A DNA stretch of 64,000 bases from the human T2T-CHM13v2.0 reference genome, Homo sapiens. Below are positions 29,245 through 42,834 of this stretch, in pieces (the first letter of the stretch is position 1; the number at the start of each line of letters is the position of its first letter). The notes under the pieces were generated by a model. That model did no database searches, was not told the DNA's origin, and saw nothing but the letters and a program-made list of their open reading frames with translations. The DNA is taken from the NCBI GenBank assembly GCA_009914755.4, contig CP068257.2, positions 19,360,001 through 19,424,000 on the forward strand, written 5' to 3'. Position numbers and translations under genes: made by a program.

Positions 29245-29558
29245 TTTCTTCTTCTTCTTTTTTTTTTTTTTTTTTTGAGACAGCATCTCATTCTGTTGCC
29301 CAGACTGGAGTGCAGTGGTGCAGTCTTGGCTCACCACAACCTCCACCTCCCAGGCTCAAGTGATTCTTCTGCCTCAGCCTCCTGAGTAGCTGGGATTGCA
29401 GGCGTGCTCCATTGCCACCCGACCAATTTTTGTATTTTTAGTAGAGACGTGGTGTCACCATGTTGGCCAGGCCGGTCTTCAACTCCTGACCTTAAATGAT
29501 TCACCTGCCTCAGCCTCCCAAAGTGCTGGGATTACAGGCGTGAGCTGCCGTGCCCGGC
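29245..29558 (-). mobile_element. Alu element (minus) with (TTC)n plus poly-T tail
   Basis: ttcttcttcttctttttttttttttttttttgagacagcatctcattctgttgcccagactggagtgcagtgg...gcgtgagctgccgtgcccggcc. Confidence 0.9.
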
Positions 29559-30225
29559 CCAAAACTTTTATTTTCTGAGTTATAATTTTTTAATTGACTA
29601 CATGCAGTATTAATTTATTTATTTGACCCAGGCTATCTGGGGTATTAATTTATTTATATTTTCCATTGCTAGGTAAGGTGAGCTCATTCATGTATTTATT
29701 TATTTTAAAACATCTTTGGAGAGTCAACTGTTTACCAGTCATTATGGTAGCATTATGATAGAAATTTGGTTCATAGAGATGAATAAAACACTGTCTTTTC
29801 CTGCCAGGAACTATAAGTTTCATTCAGAGAAGTTACTTATGCAGATTGTTCCAATACAATTTCTAATTATAACCATACTCTCACATTTGGAAATAATTTG
29901 TAAACATGAGGTAATACTAATACAGCACTTCGTTATATTATTTGACTAGTCTGCTTTCAATTTATAGTGATTTCTTCAATGATAAAATATTAGACTATAG
30001 CTTAATTTCAAGCATGTTTGATCTCAAAGGAAGAACTATGAATAAAAATACTTCTATGGGCTTAACACCTACAGGGAGTTTACATTACAGGTGTTTAGCC
30101 TGGATACGTCATTTGATCCTTCTACACTTCCTTTTAATTACAGAGCCCATTATGCGTTAATATACATTATTTTGTAGTTACTTCAGTAATTTATAATATG
30201 TCAAAATTGAGTCCTGAATATGTAA

Positions 30226-30563
<338 letters not shown>

Positions 30564-32003
30564 CTTGTTTCTTAAGTTTTAAGAGTGGACAAAGTCTTTG
30601 CTAAAAGATCTCTTATGCTCATTGGATTGTTGTTTTTACAATTTTGACATTTTCACATGTACCAAATTTGTTGTTTTGGTTCTCATTAGCAATGATGCAA
30701 GATTCCCAATTCCAGTCATCTTGTTATTGAACAAATAATGTTAAAATCATAATCCGATTCAAAAATTTATGTTGTGTGAAGCATATTTACTTATAAGATT
30801 CTTTAATGAGGCCTGACCAGCTCTTTCGAGAGAAAACCAAACACAGTGATTCACACTTCATAAACAGACCTTCAATCTAAATGAACTTGGATCATATGTG
30901 AGGTCACTTTGTTGTTGTTTGTTGTTCATCTTCTCAGCATCTCTTCGTTATTGCCAGAAAACTTTGGTGTGCAGCCTGCATATAATCAGGGACAGAAAAC
31001 TGCAGCATAGGCCACCTTAACTGAATTAAAATGAGACAGTGCAATGCAATATGCAGAATTACGCAAGACAAAAATATGAAATTGGCACACAAAATGCCCT
31101 AATAGTCTTTTATTTGTGCAATAACATAGATATGATTTGTCTATTATATTCTAATACTCTTCTGTAAAAATCAGTGTTTCCATATGAAGAATCAAAGACA
31201 CCTGGTCGTATTTAACATTCTGTTGGGGAGAGGGAAACAAAACAAGTGTATTTGGGGTGTGTGTTTAATATTATAATAAACATTTAAAAATTATGTAAGC
31301 TATCATCATAGGTATGTAATCCTTTTTTCATAAGTCTGAGTATATAAATTTACATTTAGTGTTAAAATTCAGCATGGAAAACTGTTATAATTTTTGACAG
31401 TATTTGAATGCAAACAGAGCCGTTTTTAAACTATCTTGAAATGTGGACTTAGAATGAAATGAGTAACATGTTTTAGTGTAGGTAACAAGGTTATGTGGTA
31501 ATTGATAAACAGAAACCCACAATCTTTGTTTTAAAAAACATATAAACTGTTCATTAACAAAGATATGCTTTTACACAAATATTTACAATGATCTTCTTTC
31601 TTCTTCTGTTTGACTTCCTACATTGTCCCAAATTTCAGTTATCTTATTTTTCAGATGAAATCTGTGACAGTGGTCAAGGTGTACTCTGACTTAATCACAA
31701 GCATTTAGTGCAATTCAGAGAACAATAGATTCTTTCTGATGTAAAATTCTTGGTTGTCATGTTGCTAGTGTGCTATTTGTGACCAGAATGGCAAGTAGTT
31801 TTAATCCATACGTCCTTTTTTCTGTGCTGGGATGCCTGCCAAACCTATGTCTGCGGTTAACTTTTGAGGTTGTCAGTTGGAGACAAATTTAGGAGCAGGA
31901 GAACTTAGGACAGTGGATTTGTAGTTAATGCATATGTCACAATAGCATTGCCTTTCAGAATTAGAAAACAAATAGTTATCTTCATAAACTTAACCTTTGC
32001 TGA

Positions 32004-32366
<363 letters not shown>

Positions 32367-34154
32367 TAAATCTGCAATAAATTTAATGTAAACTTGATTT
32401 AATTAAATATGTTGAAATCATATTACATTCTTATAATTATTCATGGTATTCAAATGTCTAAAAATTCCTGCTCTGTAGCTGGGGGTGCAAGACAGCAACA
32501 TTGAAAAGCACTTGTTATCTGGTTTTCTTTCCTATTTCTTGAACATTTACTATGCCAGAATACTATCCTAAGCATTAGCCATGTATTATTTCACTTAAGC
32601 CTAAACATAATCTTTTAAGGTAAATACTTTTACTAACACATTTTACAGATGATGAAAGCAATTCTCAGAAATTTTGTGACTTAGTTTGAAGACAAGGTAG
32701 CCTGATTTCAAAGGGCAGGTCCTTGACTACCACGATATTAATTTTCTACTGCTGTTGTCACAAATTACCATGAACTTAGAGGCATAAATGATACAAACTT
32801 TATCTTACTGTTCTATAGGTCAGAAGTTTCCCTCCTCTTCTGTCATCACGTCTTCATCTGAATGACCTGCCTTTTTAAGGGCTCTTGGGATTGTTTTAAA
32901 CTCACCCAGATCATTCAAGATGATCTCCCCATCTCACGATTCGTATCTTAATCACTCCTGCAAAGACTTTTTGCCCTGTTGAGTTAGGCAACGTTCACAT
33001 GCTCCAGGGATTTGGAAGTGGGCATCTCCAGGGGAGTCATTCTGCCTATCACGATTATTATACTGACTTTTGACAGTGCCTTCCTTTTAAAATGAGTGGT
33101 ATTAAGGGAGGTAAGTTGGAGAATGTATTACTACTCTCATCTGTGAAGAGCTCCAAAGCGATGATTCAGTATTAATTGATTAGTCAGATAAATAGTAATA
33201 CCATTTAAACACAGCAACTGACTTTGTTTAAAAGTTAGATTATACAGAAATAAAAAATATAAAGGACTTTAAAAAGCTGCATACGTTGTATGGCAAGGAA
33301 TTCATCACCATAATTCTAACTGATAAATATTAATATAGTTATGAATTTAAAATAAAAAAGATAATGACAAGGGCTCAGGTGAATAGATAAAATTTTTCAT
33401 TTTAAATGTTTTATTTTCTGCAGAATGAGAAAGCCCTTACATTAAGAAATACTTGAACTGCATAGTACTTTATTCTTTTTGAAAAATTTTCTAATCTATG
33501 ATTCCTTTTGATTTTTAAATAATCTTGGAGTTAATAGAACTGGAGGCTCTTAAAACCACTTTATAAATATCTCTGTTGAGGTCTGGAAGCTAACATGCAT
33601 TGTTTTACTGTTTATGTTTTGGCCATTTTAAATTTCAAGTTTGCCATTTTATATTGAGTTGTTTTATAACCTGCTCTAATATTTGTAAAGACTAGATGAG
33701 GTATTAATCCCAATAAATAAAATACCTTAAATCGAGACATGAAGAGCCTTAGCAAATTCCTCAGAGTCACACAACTGATTAGTAATAGAGCTTCACCTGC
33801 TACTTGGTTCACTGGACATCAGTCTAAAGTGGTTACTGTTGGGCCCAACCACCTCCCAAATCTAAGACAGAGATTAGTGAGCTATTGGCCTTCCGATTTT
33901 ATTGCCTGTGCAGGTTCATGTGTGTAATATACTAATTGGCAATAAATAGTTGTCTGTTGGTGTGATCTACACCATCTTGGTTTGGTTTTGGAAGAGGAAA
34001 TTTACATCTTATAAAGCTGTAAAGTATGTCTCCAATATGCAAGCAGGCAGTGATGGACGTTGATTTGACAAGCAAATTAAAGCAATATTTAATACTATGC
34101 TGTAAGCCTTTTCCAAATGAACTGAACATTTTTTACCTTAACATTTACTAAATA

Positions 34155-34245
34155 AATTTTGTCTCTCTCGATATATCTCTCTCTCTCAATCTCACTCACA
34201 CTCTTATACACACACACACACACACTCACACACACATGTGCTTGT
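34155..34245. repeat. (TC)n / (CA)n compound microsatellite
   Basis: gtctctctcgatatatctctctctctcaatctcactcacactcttatacacacacacacacacactcacacacacatgtg. Confidence 0.9.
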
Positions 34246-35321
34246 GCAATGTCTTTATTTGTAAAAGTAAAAGTTAAATGTTTTATATTATTTCTGTGAC
34301 TTAGGCAGATTTTTGGTTTTTGTTTGTGTTTTTGTAAATCTCTTGTAGAGATCTTAACAGGGAGCATGCTACATACAGGAACATTAAGGCACATGTGGCT
34401 TGATAGGTTTTATCATTGATTAGATATATTTTAATCTAATCAAAGATTATCAGGCACCACTATTATGCCATCTCAATGCAATGGTGAGCGTACGAATTTA
34501 GGAAAAGAAATCTAGCTGTTCTTGAGCCTTTTTAATTAGTTATTTAGAAAAGCATTGGTTACACTCTAAATAACTCTATAAATATTTTCTTAGAAAATGA
34601 TCTTTAGCTGGTGGTGGCATGCAATAACCAGTGATTATGAAAATGGAAATAAATCTAATGCAAATATGTTTTTTATTTATTATTTAGTAAGTAAATTAAA
34701 TTGTAAGTTATGTTTTCTTTAGCCTAATATATAAAATGGCTATTTTAAAAATTTAAACTTCATCATGAGATTTCCTTTATAATGTAGGCTAATAAGTCTC
34801 TATGATCTTTCTTCTAGAAACCACTGGCATTAGTCTGTAAATTACAGGGTACCTATGCATTAGCACCAGCAAATGTTATTGTAATTGCCAGAAGCACCAT
34901 CAGCAAAGTAATACTAATGTCAACATTACATCAGTTTGAAAAGAAAAATATGTGTTGACTAAGCAAATCAAAATAAACCTTTCCATATTTCACATCTAAA
35001 TTCTTCATTTGCCTTAGTTATAAAATATAGATTAGTTCTTAGTTTATTTAAAGAGTATAATTACAGTGCATTATGAAACTATAAGGAATTGTTATTTCAA
35101 ATACCAATTTACTCAAACAATAGAATAGTCAGAAACATAATAATTATCTTATTTGTTAAGGTACATTAATGGTTATTGGTACCTAGGAACAAGCTCATCA
35201 GTATTTTTGTGTGACCTGAATCCCTCATTTTCATAAAATGTATTTAAAACTTTGTCTACATACTTTAGCAAAATACTCTATTTTGTTTCTGGTAGCAAAT
35301 TTAATTGCTAACAGCACATGT

Positions 35322-35631
35322 TTTCTTTCTTTCTTTCTTTCTTTTTGGACAGAGTTTCACTCTTGTTGCCCAGGCTGGAGCGCAATGGTATGATCTCGGC
35401 TAACTGCAGCCTCCGTCTCCTGGGTTCAAAGGTTTCTCCTGCCTCTGCCTCCCAAGTAGCTGTAGCTGGGATTACAGGCACCCACCGCCACACCCAGCTA
35501 ATTTTTGTGTTTTTAGTAGAGACGGGGTTTCACCAGGTGCCAGGCTGGTGTCAAACTCCTGAGCTGAGGTGATCCACCCACCTTGGCCTCCCAAAGTGCT
35601 GGGATTACAGGCATGAGCCACTGCACCTGGC
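35322..35631 (-). mobile_element. Alu element (minus) with (TTTC)n tail
   Basis: tttctttctttctttctttctttttggacagagtttcactcttgttgcccaggctggagcgcaatggtatgatctcggctaactgcagcc...gcatgagccactgcacctggcc. Confidence 0.9.
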
Positions 35632-35697
35632 CGGTTTCTTGGTTTCATACAAGACGAACATGTGTGCCATATTGTTTTCAGGCACATGGGATAAGTT

Positions 35698-36315
35698 GGC
35701 ATGGGAAAGTTTAAATTTGTCCCCTGAAACTTTGATAATTTAAGTCTATAAAACAAACTGATAGAAGATTAACAGGAAAAAAAGGCATACAAATTTATTA
35801 GCTTGCATATATAGTCACAGGAGTCATACAATATATATAAGCTCAAAGAAGGTCCAGATGGTGGACGCTTAAATATCCTCTTCACTGAGGAGAGTGGAGA
35901 TGACAAAGAGTGGGAGTAAATTTTTTTTCAGGTGAAATAAATGACCTCCCCCCCAAAACAATGGCGTGAGACCAAGTTTCTCTGGGCTTAGGGATGGCAT
36001 CACAGGGTCAGGGACAGTAAGGGGAGGTAAGTATGTGAAGCAAAGGGTGGCTTATTAAGCGGATTAAAATGTCTCAGATTATCTCAGAGCTGCCCTCAGA
36101 AAGAATAGATGGTAGCCTGACATAGAGTTAATCTTTCCTGGATCTGGACAAGAGAGGAGCCACAGAGAAAGCCTGGCTGTTTATTTCACAAATATAGATT
36201 TTTCTCTATAGATGCAAATCTCTTTCACAGAAGGCAGCTTTTCTGAACTATCCCCATCTGCAGGCCCTGTTAATAGTCATCCGAAAGTATGTCAAAGTAA
36301 TATATTTTGGTTTTT
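35698..36315 (+). repeat. Copy A of a ~610-bp direct repeat pair (partner at 38816-39420)
   Basis: Collinear similarity (~80% by eye) with the partner along its whole length, e.g. ccctgaaactttgataatt...gtctataaaacaaa...gattaacaggaaaaaa...ctcaaagaaggtccagatggtggac...agctgccctcagaaagaatagatggtagcctga...cctggctgtttatttcac...atagatttttctcta. Confidence 0.8.
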
Positions 36316-38087
36316 TTGTTTGTTTTCTTTAGTCCCCCATTCGAAGCTTTATTTTCAGGAAGTTTTACATATTAAAGTGGGATTGGTACCTTTGGAGAGA
36401 TTTAGGCTAGAGGTTGTGAGATAAGAGATAGGCAAAGGGGGGGGGGAAACAAAGATTGAGATAAGCAGATAAAAACAAGTTTGAGTACCCTAGTTTATAC
36501 ATTCTGGAATCTCCTAGTCCTGAGAATAGGTCAGTTTGTTAAACAGCTATGTCTCATTCTTGGAGTTGGCATTGCAGATTGGCTCCCATCAAGGTTAAGT
36601 CTCTGTATGGCATAATCGTCTCTATATGGTGTAAGCATACACCATATTTCACAAGAGATTTCACAAGAGATTTTTCTGTAGGAGCATACAAAAAAAGGTT
36701 GATGTTTGGAGTATTTTAAGCTAGTTTTTCTAGAAACTCTGAAGCATCTTCAGTTGGAACTGGCAAGCGGTGGCAATCTGACAGATTTTCCTGGGTTGCA
36801 CTTTGAATCAGGTATTCCAGTGAACTTTCTCGGTCGTCCATACATCAACAGGCACAAAGGCTGATACTCAGTTTCTGTAGTGATTTCCACAGAGGTTTAC
36901 ATCAAGGTGTCTTCCTTCAGTTTGTAGGCCTTCAACAAGAGGACAGTTTTAATTTCTAATGATTTTAAATCAGAAAAACGGAAGAAAAATTTCAACTACT
37001 CATTTGGAAAGTTACAGTCAGGTATTGAAAGAAACTTAAGTTTTAGAATTTAGTTGAGTTAATAAAAAACTGAAAAACAATGGATAGGGCTAGAATCTAT
37101 TAACTGGTACACCTTAGATTTCTTCTGAAACGTATTTTTTTTCTCTCCAGTCCCTCATCTACAAAACATATTTATGGCAAGTTTAATTTATTTGTGAAAC
37201 AAGTTTAGTTTCATTAACTTGGCCTAATTATTTGCAGAAAGTATAGTAGAAACAGTGATTTACCATATAGGGGTTTTAAAAGTTACCTTGCTGGAACTTT
37301 TCATAAGAAATCTCAGACTGGACTTCTAAAAGAGTCTCTAGGTTAGGAAACCAGGAGGAGGATTTGCCACACCCTCAAACTTGTCTGTAACAACTGTATG
37401 AATTGGGTAAATTCCTCTCTCCTCAAGGTCTCTAAAATATCTTGAGGTTCTCAGACCTGTCAAAAAGTAGCATTTTTTAATTTAACACAAGGTCAGGGAC
37501 TTTATAAGGGAATTGTATAAACAAGGGACCAGGTTAATCTTTCCAAAGGACTATTTATTGGCTCCATAAATCAACCTCAGTCACTCAAAGCAATCTGGAT
37601 ATATCTGAAAATAGCACATCCCAGTCAAAGCCTTAATAAAATAACTGGTATTTCCAATTGTGTTTGTTACAGAAGAAAACAGATTCTATTGAACTTATGC
37701 AAATAACTATACTGCCATAAAATAAGAATACTCATGGATAGTTATTGAATTCTAGATAAATCAGGTAGAGAGAAAGGTAAATGTTTCAATTTTGCTCTCA
37801 AAAACATACTTTACCCAATTGCTATAAACTATAAATAGCTTAAAAGAAAAGCCTAACTCTAGAAAACAAAACATAAAAATAATCAATGTTTTAAACAAAA
37901 CAGTCATAAAAATCATTTCAGTCCTTCATTAGTTTAGTGCTGTGTAATTAATTCTTGTTCAATTTGGTGTTAAATCTCATGATGTTAGGTTAGCAATATT
38001 ATGTGTCCAGTTTTTTTTCCATTGGATTTCTTGAAATTCTTACCTGGCTCAATTATATGATCTCAAACTTGTCAGAAACTGTATTTA

Positions 38088-38140
38088 AGAGTATTTGATA
38101 AGAGTGTTTGATAAGAGTATTTGATAAGAGTGTTTTCCAT
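38088..38140. repeat. 13-bp tandem repeat x4 (AGAGTRTTTGATA)
   Basis: agagtatttgata agagtgtttgata agagtatttgata agagtgtttt. Confidence 0.9.
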
Positions 38141-38815
38141 AAAACTGCTTGAACACACACTTTAGGATTTGCAAAGAGCTTTTGGAAGAAAAAAGAAAGC
38201 ATCAGTATAAAGCAGTTTACTTTGGACAAGACTTAAAATAACCATGGTTAAAGACACAATTGACAAATCAACTTATTTATTTTCTGTGGCCTATAGCAAT
38301 TTAACATATCAGATTTGGAGCACATACTAATAACCTATCCATACAAATATAACTCAAAGAAAGTTAAACATTTTTATTTGACAGTGAGTGCTTCCCACAT
38401 AATTTAACATATGAAATAAGCTTTTTATTCTCTTTCTTTTTGGAGCATTAAGGGCCCTCGATAGCGCTCCAAAGTTAGTTTGTAGTAAAAAGATTGAATT
38501 TAGAATTTGAAACTTGATTTTGGGAAGCTTGTCAAATATGTCATGGATTTAAAGCACTTGATCAAAATATGATCCCCACTCACTGTGAAATAATAGTCAT
38601 TGACTTTGCCAAATTGATAACTAAAAGATTTCAGAAAGTGAAGTCCTTTGCTCTTTGACAGACAAAAGTCTCAGTTTCTGAATAACTCAAGGACTTAATA
38701 AACACAGCAGGAGGCACACAAAATCTGATTCTCTTTCTCTCCCCTCATTTACCTTTCCTGCAGTTTGCCCAAAAATGAGCAAAAATATTTTCTTATCTCT
38801 TATGACACCAAAATG

Positions 38816-39420
38816 GTAGGGAAGTTTAAGTTTTTCCCTGAAACTTTGATAATTTCTGTCTATAAAACAAATTGATAATAGATTAACAAGAAAAAACCAT
38901 ACATATTTATTAATATGCTTATGGGCACAGAAGTCATATGAAATATGAAAACTCAAAGAAGGACCAGATGGTTGACACTAAAATACTCAGTTCGTTGGGG
39001 AAAGTGTAGATTAGGAGGTGTAGGAGTAAATGATTTTCAGGGGAAATGAATGAAGCCAAAGAACAATGGCCTTGGGACCAAGTTTCCCTGGAGGTGGGTG
39101 GCATCATAGGTTATAGGACAGAGAAGGAAGCAAATCACATGAAGCAAAGGCTTGTTATGCAGACGATAGTATTTCAGATAATTTCAAAGCTGCCCTCAGA
39201 AAGAATAGATGGTAGCCTGAAGTTGAGCTAATCTTTCCTAGTTCCAGAGAAGAGAAGGGCCAAGAGAGGGCCCAAGAGATAAATCCTGGCTGTTTATTTC
39301 ACTAATATAGGTTTTTCTCTACAGAAGCAAATCTCCTGCACAAATGGCAGCTTTTCAGGGTTATTCCTCTCTTTAGGCCCACTAAATAGCAATAGATGTC
39401 AAGTACCTATATTTTGGGGT
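38816..39420 (+). repeat. Copy B of the ~610-bp direct repeat pair
   Basis: See copy A. Same orientation, 3118 bp downstream: ccctgaaactttgataatttctgtctataaaacaaattgataatagattaacaagaaaaaa...ctcaaagaaggaccagatggttgac...agctgccctcagaaagaatagatggtagcctga...cctggctgtttatttcac. Confidence 0.8.
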
Positions 39421-39427
39421 GAAATGC

Positions 39428-39620
39428 TTTTTTTTGAGATGGTCTCACTCTGTCACCTAGGCTGGAGTGCAATGGCACACCCACAGCTCACTCCAGCCTG
39501 GACTTCCCAGGCTCAATGAATCTTTCCATCAGTCTCCCTAATAGCTGGAACTACAGGCATGCGCCACCACGCCTGGCTATTGTTTGTATTTTTTGTAGAC
39601 AGGTTTTCCCCATGTTGCTG
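39428..39620 (-). mobile_element. Truncated Alu (about 190 bp, minus)
   Basis: ttttttttgagatggtctcactctgtcacctaggctggagtgcaatggcacac...ctacaggcatgcgccaccacgcctggctattgtttgtattttttgtagacaggttttccccatgttgc. The remainder of the element is missing. Confidence 0.8.
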
Positions 39621-40763
39621 AGGCTTGTTTTCTTTTATTATTAATAGCAAGTGACTATAGCTAAGGTCATGGTATCAAAAAATATTCATGTCTTTCTTAC
39701 ATATGGAATGATATTGGTTATAAAATATAATTTTATACCCATAGTTTTCCATGTTTTCCTGTTATGTTATATGTTGTTATTCTACTTAAAAACTACTAAG
39801 CCAGTTAACAGTTTTAAGAAGACAAATGAATTTATGGATGCTATTCAAAGTCTTCAAATGAGAGAGATTAAATGATTTTTAATTGATTATTCACTTAAAA
39901 GTAGTTTCAGTTTGATATAATTCTTAGTAATAAGAAATGGCAGGCATTTATTTGTAGGCTCTGTGTTAGTATGTGTTCAATAAGAGACAACAGATAAACA
40001 CTAATTTTCTAATTTTCAGCCTAATTGTTAAGGCATCAGGATTACCATAAACCAAAGCATAAAAGTACACTGTAGACATATTACTGGAATTTGGATTTTG
40101 TCAGTTAAAAATTTAAGTTTAAGAGTAGAATGGGTGTATAATGTTAGTTTGAGTGGACTGATTCATTTTGACAGATCCTTTATATACTACATACTTGAAG
40201 TTGGAATTTTAGATTTACTTGAGTAAAATTGGAACATACATGGAAGAATGGTTTAATTTTTTGATAGTGTTGAAGCAGAACGTTCTCTACCTCACAAACA
40301 GAATTCCCATTTTAAGGATATATTAATGTAGACAATCTCAACATTTTGTCTTGTAATAGCTGATTAAGTTAATTTATTCTGCTTTGCACATGCTTTGCAC
40401 ATGACATTATGAAAAATGGGAAGAAAATATATTGGATATGATCCCTCCTCTGTTCTAGCCATAACCCATGGTTTACCTTGAGTTGCTTCTGTTCACAAAT
40501 CTCTTGGGAATTTTTCTGCCGCACTGTTAACTTACCAATTAGCATGATCTAAATCTAAATTCATTTAAATAACTGACAAGGTTGACATTTATTTCCACAT
40601 AAGAATGATACAGATATATAGAAATATTATTTCAGCTGAAATTTTGTATATAAAAGAAAATGTATACTTACTAATTAGATACTTTAAAATGTTTTATTCT
40701 ATGAAAGAAAAAACATATTTGTTGTTTAGAAAATGCAAATCCTGGCCTTCTACTGTCACTCTT

Positions 40764-41129
40764 TGATATGGTTTGGCTGTGTCCCCACATAAATCTCTTC
40801 TTGAACTGTAATTCCCATAACCCCCATGTGTTGTGGAAGGGACCGGTGTGAGGTAATTGAATCATGGGGGCAGTTACCCTCATGCTGTTGTTGTGATAGT
40901 GAGTGAGTTCTTACGAGATCTGATGGTTTTATAAGAGGCCTTAATCCCCTTTTGCTCAGTACTTTTCCTTGCTGCTGCCAAGTGAAGAAGGATGTGTTTG
41001 CTTCTCCTTCCACCAAGGTTATAAGCTTCCTAAGGCCTCCCCAGCCCTGCGGAACTGTAAGTCAGTTAAACCACTTTCCTTTATAAATTACCAGTCTCAG
41101 GAATTTCTTCATAGCAGTGTGAGAACAGA
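40764..41129 (+). mobile_element. MaLR solo LTR of the THE1/MST family
   Basis: Begins TGATATGGTTTGGCTGTGTCCCCAC...TTGAACTGTAATTCCCATAAC...GTGTTGTGGAAGGGACC...GGTAATTGAATCATGGGGGCAG...GAGATCTGATGGTTTTATAAGAGG...CCTCCCCAGCCCTGCGGAACTGTAAGTCAGTTAAACC.CTTTCCTTTATAAATTACCAGTCTCAGG and ends ...GAACAGACCAATACA. That is TG...CA with the characteristic THE1/MST motifs. ORFs 40671..40883, 40756..41016 and 40969..41154 lie inside it. Confidence 0.8.
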
Positions 41130-41499
41130 CCAATACACTTCTGAAATATACTGATTCATCAAATCCCATTTGACTGTAGACCAAATGCAAACTCAGTGTT
41201 TGTGATCCCCAGGTTTCAATTAGCATGGCTCTGTGTGAGGAATATGAAGGCCGCTAAAACATGGCAGAACCTCTTTCTTCTACAGGAAGACCTTCTTTTG
41301 ATATGTATAATCTTAGAATTGTAACCATTTGAATCACCTTTCCAACAATATCACTAAAGGATATATTTCTTGATCAGAGAAACTAAGACTTAAAACTATA
41401 AGATTTGTTTACTCTATTAATAATCCCCATAAAGAAATATATTTCTCTCACTTGTTATGTAGACTATATGACATGTAGTTAATTAAGAAAGTACATGTA

Positions 41500-41995
41500 A
41501 CAGGCCCATTTTTATAAACTTATTTCTTCTAACTATATGTTTGCACCCATTAACCAACCTCTCTTTATCCTTCCACTACCCATACACCCTCCCAGCCTCT
41601 AGTACCTATCATTCTATGGTCTACCTTCATGAGATCAAGTTTTTAATCTTTCACATATGAGTGAAAGCATGTGTTATTATTTTTACAAGATTTGCAGTTC
41701 CCTCGAAAAAGATATCCCTTAATAATCCACCATTGGGAAAGAATAAGTTCTAATGTTCAGTAGTAGAGTTGGGTGACTAATATTAACATCAACGCATTAT
41801 ATATTTCAAAATAGCTAGAAGAAAGAACGTGAAATGTTCCCAACACATAAAAATGATAAATGCTCCAGGTGATGAACACCACAAATGCCCTGAATTGATT
41901 ATTACACAGTCTATACATGTAATACAATATCACATGTACCCCATAAATATATGCAAATAAATATTTGTATCAGTAAAAAATGTAACTTCAGGGCA
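41500..41995 (+). mobile_element. L1 3'-terminal fragment with 5' inversion (twin-priming structure)
   Basis: 41500-41700 is antisense to L1 (tttgcacccattaaccaacctctctttatcc...cccagcctctagtacctatcattctatggtctaccttcatgagatcaagtttttaatctttcacatatgagtgaaagcatgtgttatt). 41700-41995 is sense to the L1 3' UTR end (ggaaagaataagttctaatgttcagtagtagagttgggtgactaatattaacatcaacgcattatatatttcaaaatagctagaag...cacatgtaccccataaatatatgc...cagtaaaaaatg). The inverted and direct segments overlap by a few tens of bp of L1 sequence at the junction. Confidence 0.55.
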
Positions 41996-42834
41996 AAAGG
42001 ACTATATTCAAATGTGTGCATATTTTGAATTAATATTTAAATAATCATTTGGATTTTTCGTGTGTGAAAACATTACAAATGGAAATGAGAACATTTTTCC
42101 AGGAAACTCGTAACTTTTTTGCCGTAGACATATGCAAATCACTGAAGTTGCCGGAGGGTCACTTATGTGATTCTCTCTCAAGTACAGCACTAAGTGTTAG
42201 GATTGCTTGTTGATACCTAATCCTCAGTCAACATCATAAATCAGCACTTGTCAGATCAGGGAAGCATATTAACTAGAGTTATTATATTTCAAAACAGTTA
42301 GGAGTGTTTTTTATTCTGACAGCTTCCCAGAGAGGGGACTCTGTGATGAGTAGCTGCGGATATTTCATACCAGTGAGGAGGATACACATTGCCAGTTATT
42401 ACTGTTAAGGGCAACCTTCGCTAGCACATTGTAATTCTCTCTACAGTCCTCTATTTTAATTTCTGTCATACCACAACGTTATTTACTCCTCTTACTAGGC
42501 TAACAGCTGCCAGCCATGAAGATTTTTATAGAGTTATAGAATTTTAGAAAGAGGGAAAAAACTGTAGAGGATATCTTACTGAATCTTTAGTTTCCTTTTG
42601 AAGATACTGATGCCTTTTTATTATTAAAGACTCATGAAGCTTTGGCCGAGAGAAGATGTTTAACTCACTTTCTTACCATTACACAACTGACTCCTCACTG
42701 CCAGTTTGAGTTCTGGTGTCCTACTCATTCTCTCTGACTGAATGAACCATGACTTTATGTGTGTGCGTGGGTGTGTATAATTATTTAGATATACGAATAT
42801 ATATATCTTTTCCAGTCTTACTGTACTGGTTTGC

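Noticed and set aside
40671-41154. Three overlapping 60-86 aa ORFs on both strands
   Set aside because: All lie inside the THE1/MST-type solo LTR. LTRs of this family have no coding capacity.
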